Assembly (NCBI GenBank): GCA_963733095.1
Contig: CAVTBV010000012.1
Span: 256,001 to 320,000 of the forward strand
Length of the DNA: 64,000 nucleotides
Source of the DNA: Candidatus Bathyarchaeota archaeon
Lineage (GTDB): Archaea > Thermoproteota > Bathyarchaeia > Bathyarchaeales > Bathycorpusculaceae
Direction: 5' to 3'
The notes beneath the pieces are model-generated. The model was given only the letters and a program-made list of their open reading frames with translations. It ran no database searches and had not been told where the DNA came from. Shown here one piece after another: positions 59,525-64,000 of this stretch. A program made the translations under genes and the position numbers. Each line of letters begins with the position of its first letter. The first letter of the stretch is position 1.

Positions 59525-60626
59525 AAAACGCAGGTTCGTTAGCCACGGCGGAGACATTTGGGGCTTTAGCAGAAAATACAACCTTCCCCTCGAAGAAGTG
59601 CTTGAGTTCAGCGGACCAATAAACTACCTTGGACCACCCCAAAAAGCCTTAGAGGCAGTAAAGCAGTATGCAAAGTTAATCCGTTATTATCCTGACCCAA
59701 ACCCTGTCGAATTCAAAGAGGAAATAGCAAAGTACGTCGGCAACGGCATTAACGAAGAAAATATCCTCTTGGGCAACGGCTCAATTGAGCTAATTTATAT
59801 GATAACTGAGATTCTGCCGCGCGGTCACAAAGCAGTAATCCCTATACCTTCATTCTCAGAATATGAGAAGGCAACCCTGCGTGTGAGCGGCGAACCCATC
59901 TTTGTCCAGTTACCAGAAGACTTTTCTCTTGACTTAGACAAAATCAAGAAGGCAGTTACCGACGACACAAAAATCATGTGTCTTTGCAACCCCCATAGCC
60001 CTTCAGGTACACTCTACAGCAAAAAAGAACTCTTAGACCTTGTGGAGTTCTGCAACAAAAAAGACATCATCTTCAGCATAGATGAGAACTATATTGAATT
60101 TGCCAACCAGAGCTTGGCCAACACTTTGGCTGGCAGGGTTAAAGACTATGAGAACCTTTTTGTGATTCGTTCTGTCACCAAGTTCTATGGCATGGCAGGC
60201 ATCCGCTTCGGATACGCTATGGCTGCGGGAAACCTAATCGATAAGTTGAAGACTATGCGACTTCCATGGAGCATCAACGGATTAGCATGCCAAGTAACAG
60301 TGGCAGCCATAAACGACACCGAATTCATACAGAACACTAAAGAAACAATCTCTAAGAACCGTCAAGAGCTCACTCAAAACCTCGGTCAAATCCCAGGTCT
60401 ACACGTTTACCCATCAGTTACGAACTTTTTGCTTGTAAAAATAAAGAACCACAAAATCACATCCACCATGCTAAAGGAACTTTTAGCTAAAGAACGCATC
60501 TTAATCCGAGACTGTTGCACGTTCATGGGCATGGACGACAGCTACTTCCGAATCACAGTTCGCTCAGCAAAAGACAACCAACAACTCGTACAAAAAATAA
60601 AACAAATATTGAGTAACGCCCCCTAA
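59508..60626 (+). CDS. cobD: Threonine-phosphate decarboxylase CobD (PLP class I/II)
   Basis: HGG, YPDP, GNGSIELI, CNPHSPSG, DE, RSVTKFYGMAGIRFGY and ILIRDC motifs. Confidence 0.8.
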   Translation: MSSTCKKRRFVSHGGDIWGFSRKYNLPLEEVLEFSGPINYLGPPQKALEAVKQYAKLIRYYPDPNPVEFKEEIAKYVGNGINEENILLGNGSIELIYMITEILPRGHKAVIPIPSFSEYEKATLRVSGEPIFVQLPEDFSLDLDKIKKAVTDDTKIMCLCNPHSPSGTLYSKKELLDLVEFCNKKDIIFSIDENYIEFANQSLANTLAGRVKDYENLFVIRSVTKFYGMAGIRFGYAMAAGNLIDKLKTMRLPWSINGLACQVTVAAINDTEFIQNTKETISKNRQELTQNLGQIPGLHVYPSVTNFLLVKIKNHKITSTMLKELLAKERILIRDCCTFMGMDDSYFRITVRSAKDNQQLVQKIKQILSNAP

Positions 60627-60920
60627 CATTTCGTTTGTCTTTTTCTGATAATAGGGTGAGAGCCTCATCACTTTTGTAGACTATTATGATCTTAATAATG
60701 GTTCTATGCAGAACTATAGAGGATCCACTTCCTATAAGAAGGGTAAAGTCAAATTGGCTGAAAACTAACTCATTAGCATATCGAAAATACCCTGAAAATG
60801 AGGCAATTTTGGCAAGAACATCAAGAACCAGAGATAAACTCTCAGCAGTCCCCTGTTCCGTTAAAGCTATAAAGTGCGCAAACATCAAAAGGAAACAACA
60901 ACTTGCTCAGAGGCAAAACC

Positions 60921-62348
60921 GTGCCCAAGAAATCTCGACCAAAAAATTCTAAGCCCAAGTCCGAAAACAAAACAGTCCTGCTCATGACCACGGCGCCCCC
61001 TGAAAATGGTGCATGGTATCTCGGAAAACGGTTGCCTCCAATCGGCTTAATGTACGTTGCAGCTGCCCTTGAAAAAGCAGGTTTCCAAGTTAGCATGCTT
61101 GACAACTACCTTATGAAAAAGTCGCTTGAGGAAGTCAAACAGTTAGTTACGAGCACAAACCCGGGAATTGTCGGAATTACTTGCGGTTCAGCCACTTATC
61201 GGCGATGCATAGAAACCGCTAGAGCTATCAAAGAAGCTCTGCCGACCTGTAAGATTGTTGTGGGCGGCTGGCATGCGTCTTATGTACCTGATAGTTTACT
61301 TGAGACCCCAGAGATTGACTACGTCGTTATGGGTGAAGGTGAGAGGGCAGTTACGGAGCTTGCCAAATGCATCGTAGGCGACAATGAAGCAGTCGCAATC
61401 ACAATACCTGGCGTAGCATGTAGACGAGCAGGAGCAAACATCAAAAATCCACCCACATTCATAGAAAACATGGATGAGATTCCATATCCTGCAAGGCACC
61501 TTTTGCCGCTCGAACTCTATGACCGCACCATTGAATACTTGGATGCCAAACCCGCCGACGTCATGAGCATCGCCCGAGGATGCGTATTCCATTGTGGCTT
61601 CTGCGAAACCCGCAAGCTGTGGGGAAACATATGCCGAGGTTTCAGCCCACAAAGAGTCATCGGCGAAATCAAAGACCTACAGAAAAAATACGGCACAAAA
61701 GGCATCTACTTCATCAACGACAACTTTACCCTCAGAAAAAAAGAAGCCACCGAACTCTGCAATCTCATGATTGAAAACAAGCTGGATTTGGAATGGGTCT
61801 GCGACACCCGCGTGGACCTTGTTAACGATGATCTTCTAGCGTTGATGAGTAAGGCCGGATGCAAAACTATCTGGTTTGGCGTCGAATCGGGTTCACAGAA
61901 AGTCTTAAACCGCATAGGAAGAGACACAACACTTGCACAAATTGAAACTGCGTTTAAGCTCTGCCGCAAAAATAACATAAAAACCGCATGCTCATTCATG
62001 CTGGGCGTCCCCGATGAAACATTAGAGGACATGGAGGCCTCACTAAAGTTCGCGAAGAAACTGAACCCAGACTGGTGCATATTCAACGTCTTCATCGCCA
62101 ACCCAGACAGCAAGCTGTACCAGGAAGTTTTAGATTCTAAAAAATATGATCAGCTGGACGAGTTTTTGCTTAGTGTAAAAACCGACGAGTACGACTTCAA
62201 GTCGCTTATGGCGGTTCAGCGGCGGTTCTTTAAAGAGTTCAACATGACGTCTAAACAAATCCTTAAACGTGTTCGACGTGAAGGTCCTCTAAACTTTGCT
62301 AAACGCAGACTTCTAGGCGGAACACGCAAAAGCACTGGTGTAGCTTAA
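60921..62348 (+). CDS. Cobalamin-binding (class B) radical SAM protein
   Basis: PPIGLMYVAAAL, VGGWHAS, GEGE, RGCVFHCGFC, NDNF and GVESG motifs. Confidence 0.9.
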   Translation: MPKKSRPKNSKPKSENKTVLLMTTAPPENGAWYLGKRLPPIGLMYVAAALEKAGFQVSMLDNYLMKKSLEEVKQLVTSTNPGIVGITCGSATYRRCIETARAIKEALPTCKIVVGGWHASYVPDSLLETPEIDYVVMGEGERAVTELAKCIVGDNEAVAITIPGVACRRAGANIKNPPTFIENMDEIPYPARHLLPLELYDRTIEYLDAKPADVMSIARGCVFHCGFCETRKLWGNICRGFSPQRVIGEIKDLQKKYGTKGIYFINDNFTLRKKEATELCNLMIENKLDLEWVCDTRVDLVNDDLLALMSKAGCKTIWFGVESGSQKVLNRIGRDTTLAQIETAFKLCRKNNIKTACSFMLGVPDETLEDMEASLKFAKKLNPDWCIFNVFIANPDSKLYQEVLDSKKYDQLDEFLLSVKTDEYDFKSLMAVQRRFFKEFNMTSKQILKRVRREGPLNFAKRRLLGGTRKSTGVA

Positions 62349-62360
62349 AGGGGAACTGTC

Positions 62361-63446
62361 TTGCTGAAGCGAAGGCTGGGCAGAACAAACCTGCAGGTCT
62401 CTCAAGTTGGTTTTGGCGGAACATGGATATCTGAACTCAGCCTGCCTGAAGCTGTTAAGGTAGTTAGAAGAGCTTTTGATTTAGGCATCAACTATTTTGA
62501 CACCGCAAAACTTGATGGCGACAGTGAAGAAAAAATCGGTTTAGCCCTCCAAGAAGTTAGAGACAAATGCATAATTGCCACCAAGACAGGTTCACGAACA
62601 AAAAGAGAATCCCTCGAAGACTTCAAAAGCAGCCTAAACAGACTCAAAACAGACAGACTAGACATCATTCAGCTTCACGGAATAGACGACGAAAAAACCC
62701 TTGCCAAAGCCATCGGAGAGGATGGTTCACTGCAAACCTGCAAAGAAGCACGAAAACAGGGGCTGGTGGATTTTATCGGTATTACGGGGCATAAGCCAAG
62801 GATTCTGGTTAAGGCAGTTTTGAGCGGCGAATTTGATACAGTGCTTGTTCCCTTAAACGTTGTAACCCGCCAGGCGCTTGAGGAGTTGGTGCCAGCCGCG
62901 AAAGCGCATGATGTTGGGATTGTGATTATGAAGCCGCTTTCAGCTAAAACCTCCACCTTAATCACCTGCCTTTACCAACCGTCGCTTTCGCTGGTTTCTG
63001 ATGAACCAGAACTCAAAGCCCTGCTGGGTAATGATGCCAATGAGATGGTTAACAACGCCTTAAGATACGTTCTGTCGCAGGATGTGGCCACTGTGATTCC
63101 CGGGTTAAAATCAGTCAGTGAAGTTGAAACCGCAGCTAAAGCAGGCGAACAATACACAGAATTAACACCCAAAGAAAAAGAACATTTCAGCTTTAGCCTT
63201 GGAACAAGCTACTGTCGAGAATGCGGACAATGCCGCCCCTGCCCCCAAAACCTCAACATCGCGGCAATTCTGCGATTTCATACGCTCTATGAAGCTTATG
63301 GTTTGAAGGGTTGGGCTAAAAAACTCTACAATAGCTTAGAAGTTAAAGCTGACAAATGCACCATATGTGGCGAATGCGAAGTGACATGTCCCTATCAGTT
63401 ACCTATTGTAAAGATGCTAGAAAAAGCAAAACGAGATTTTCAATAG
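62361..63446 (+). CDS. Aldo/keto reductase with C-terminal 4Fe-4S dicluster
   Basis: GINYFDTA, IATK, QLHG and MKPL; CRECGQCRPCP...CTICGECEVTCP. Confidence 0.9.
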   Translation: MLKRRLGRTNLQVSQVGFGGTWISELSLPEAVKVVRRAFDLGINYFDTAKLDGDSEEKIGLALQEVRDKCIIATKTGSRTKRESLEDFKSSLNRLKTDRLDIIQLHGIDDEKTLAKAIGEDGSLQTCKEARKQGLVDFIGITGHKPRILVKAVLSGEFDTVLVPLNVVTRQALEELVPAAKAHDVGIVIMKPLSAKTSTLITCLYQPSLSLVSDEPELKALLGNDANEMVNNALRYVLSQDVATVIPGLKSVSEVETAAKAGEQYTELTPKEKEHFSFSLGTSYCRECGQCRPCPQNLNIAAILRFHTLYEAYGLKGWAKKLYNSLEVKADKCTICGECEVTCPYQLPIVKMLEKAKRDFQ

Positions 63447-63456
63447 CTTTTGGCAA

Positions 63457-64000
63457 CTATTTTTTTGCTATCCAATAACTCATTTCAGGTCTGCATAAAA
63501 GCCTGTAAATCGGAAATAGCGGGTTTGGAATCCATGTGGCATGCGGGTAGTAATCTGTCCGTTTAGAATATTCAAAGCCTTCTTCTTTGAAGACCTTTGC
63601 TATGGCGTGGTGGTTTAGGGCGTGTTCTTTTTTGTGCCAGTAATCTGAGAGGGTGTAGTCGATTGTGGGAACTCGTAAGCCTATGAGTTGGAAGTATAGG
63701 CTGTTTATGATGGGGCTTGAGTGAAAGTATATGCCTTTAACGAGGCTGGCAAGGCTGCTGTGCTCGTTTCCCCAGTAATAGGGCGAGGCTTCATGGTCAA
63801 TGTACATTACGCCGCCCTTCTTTAGGAACCTAGAAAGAGTTTGGAGCGCGGTGAGGTAATCGGGCAAGTGGTGTAGCACCGAATAGAAGGTTACTAAGTC
63901 AAATTTGCCCTCGCTAAAACCCAAGTCCTCAATAGGTGAGTTAAGCACGGTTAACTTTTCTGGTATGCAAGCGTGGTATTTCTTTTTTAGAATGGTGCAC
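63457..64000 (-). CDS. Class I SAM-dependent methyltransferase, 5' end outside the window
   Basis: FDLVTFYSVLHHLPD...LKKGG motif. Confidence 0.8.
   Translation of the reverse strand, partial: CTILKKKYHACIPEKLTVLNSPIEDLGFSEGKFDLVTFYSVLHHLPDYLTALQTLSRFLKKGGVMYIDHEASPYYWGNEHSSLASLVKGIYFHSSPIINSLYFQLIGLRVPTIDYTLSDYWHKKEHALNHHAIAKVFKEEGFEYSKRTDYYPHATWIPNPLFPIYRLLCRPEMSYWIAKK

Noticed and set aside
60553-60952. ORFs between cobD and the B12 radical SAM as a RiPP precursor
   Set aside because: They overlap neighbouring genes on both strands, with no clear RBS or precursor-like features.
1-64000. tRNA, rRNA, inteins, IS transposases
   Set aside because: None were recognised by eye. PolB and TopA have normal lengths, and the InsA-like ORF has no transposase partner. 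tRNAscan-SE and Infernal would be needed to exclude RNA genes.

Overview
Archaeal chromosomal window, most consistent with Bathyarchaeia/TACK (inference from a crenarchaeal-type PolB1, AglB/AglH, thermosome, prefoldin beta-DUF3194-DHH synteny and archaeal cob genes). It has four parts. (1) 1-11.2 kb is housekeeping: topA, aglB, aglH, polB1, an RNA m5C methyltransferase and DUF488, plus zinc-finger microproteins missed by the ORF track. (2) About 11.3-21.6 kb is a visibly AT-rich integrated element. It carries an atypical tyrosine recombinase, an HExxH protein, an operon of small zinc-finger genes (two with exact RanBP2/NZF-type fingers) and a right arm of unrelated cargo genes, including a frameshifted Apea-like HEPN gene, separated by a ~175-bp non-coding repeat. 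(3) 21.7-40.6 kb is housekeeping: moeA x2, MFS, MBL-rhodanese, thyA, thermosome, sua5, PAC4-like, pfdB, DHH, ECF module and endonuclease IV. (4) 40.7-64 kb is a dense cluster. It interleaves cobamide nucleotide-loop genes (cobY/cobS twice, cobT, cobZ, cobD, DUF71) with a tetraether-synthase (Tes) homologue, a divergent DGGGP-synthase-like UbiA, an NDP-sugar epimerase, five glycosyltransferases, a SPASM radical SAM and a B12-binding radical SAM. This cluster is a candidate locus for B12-dependent tetraether glycolipid modification. No tRNA, rRNA or CRISPR array was recognised. All family calls are by eye from motifs; no searches were run.
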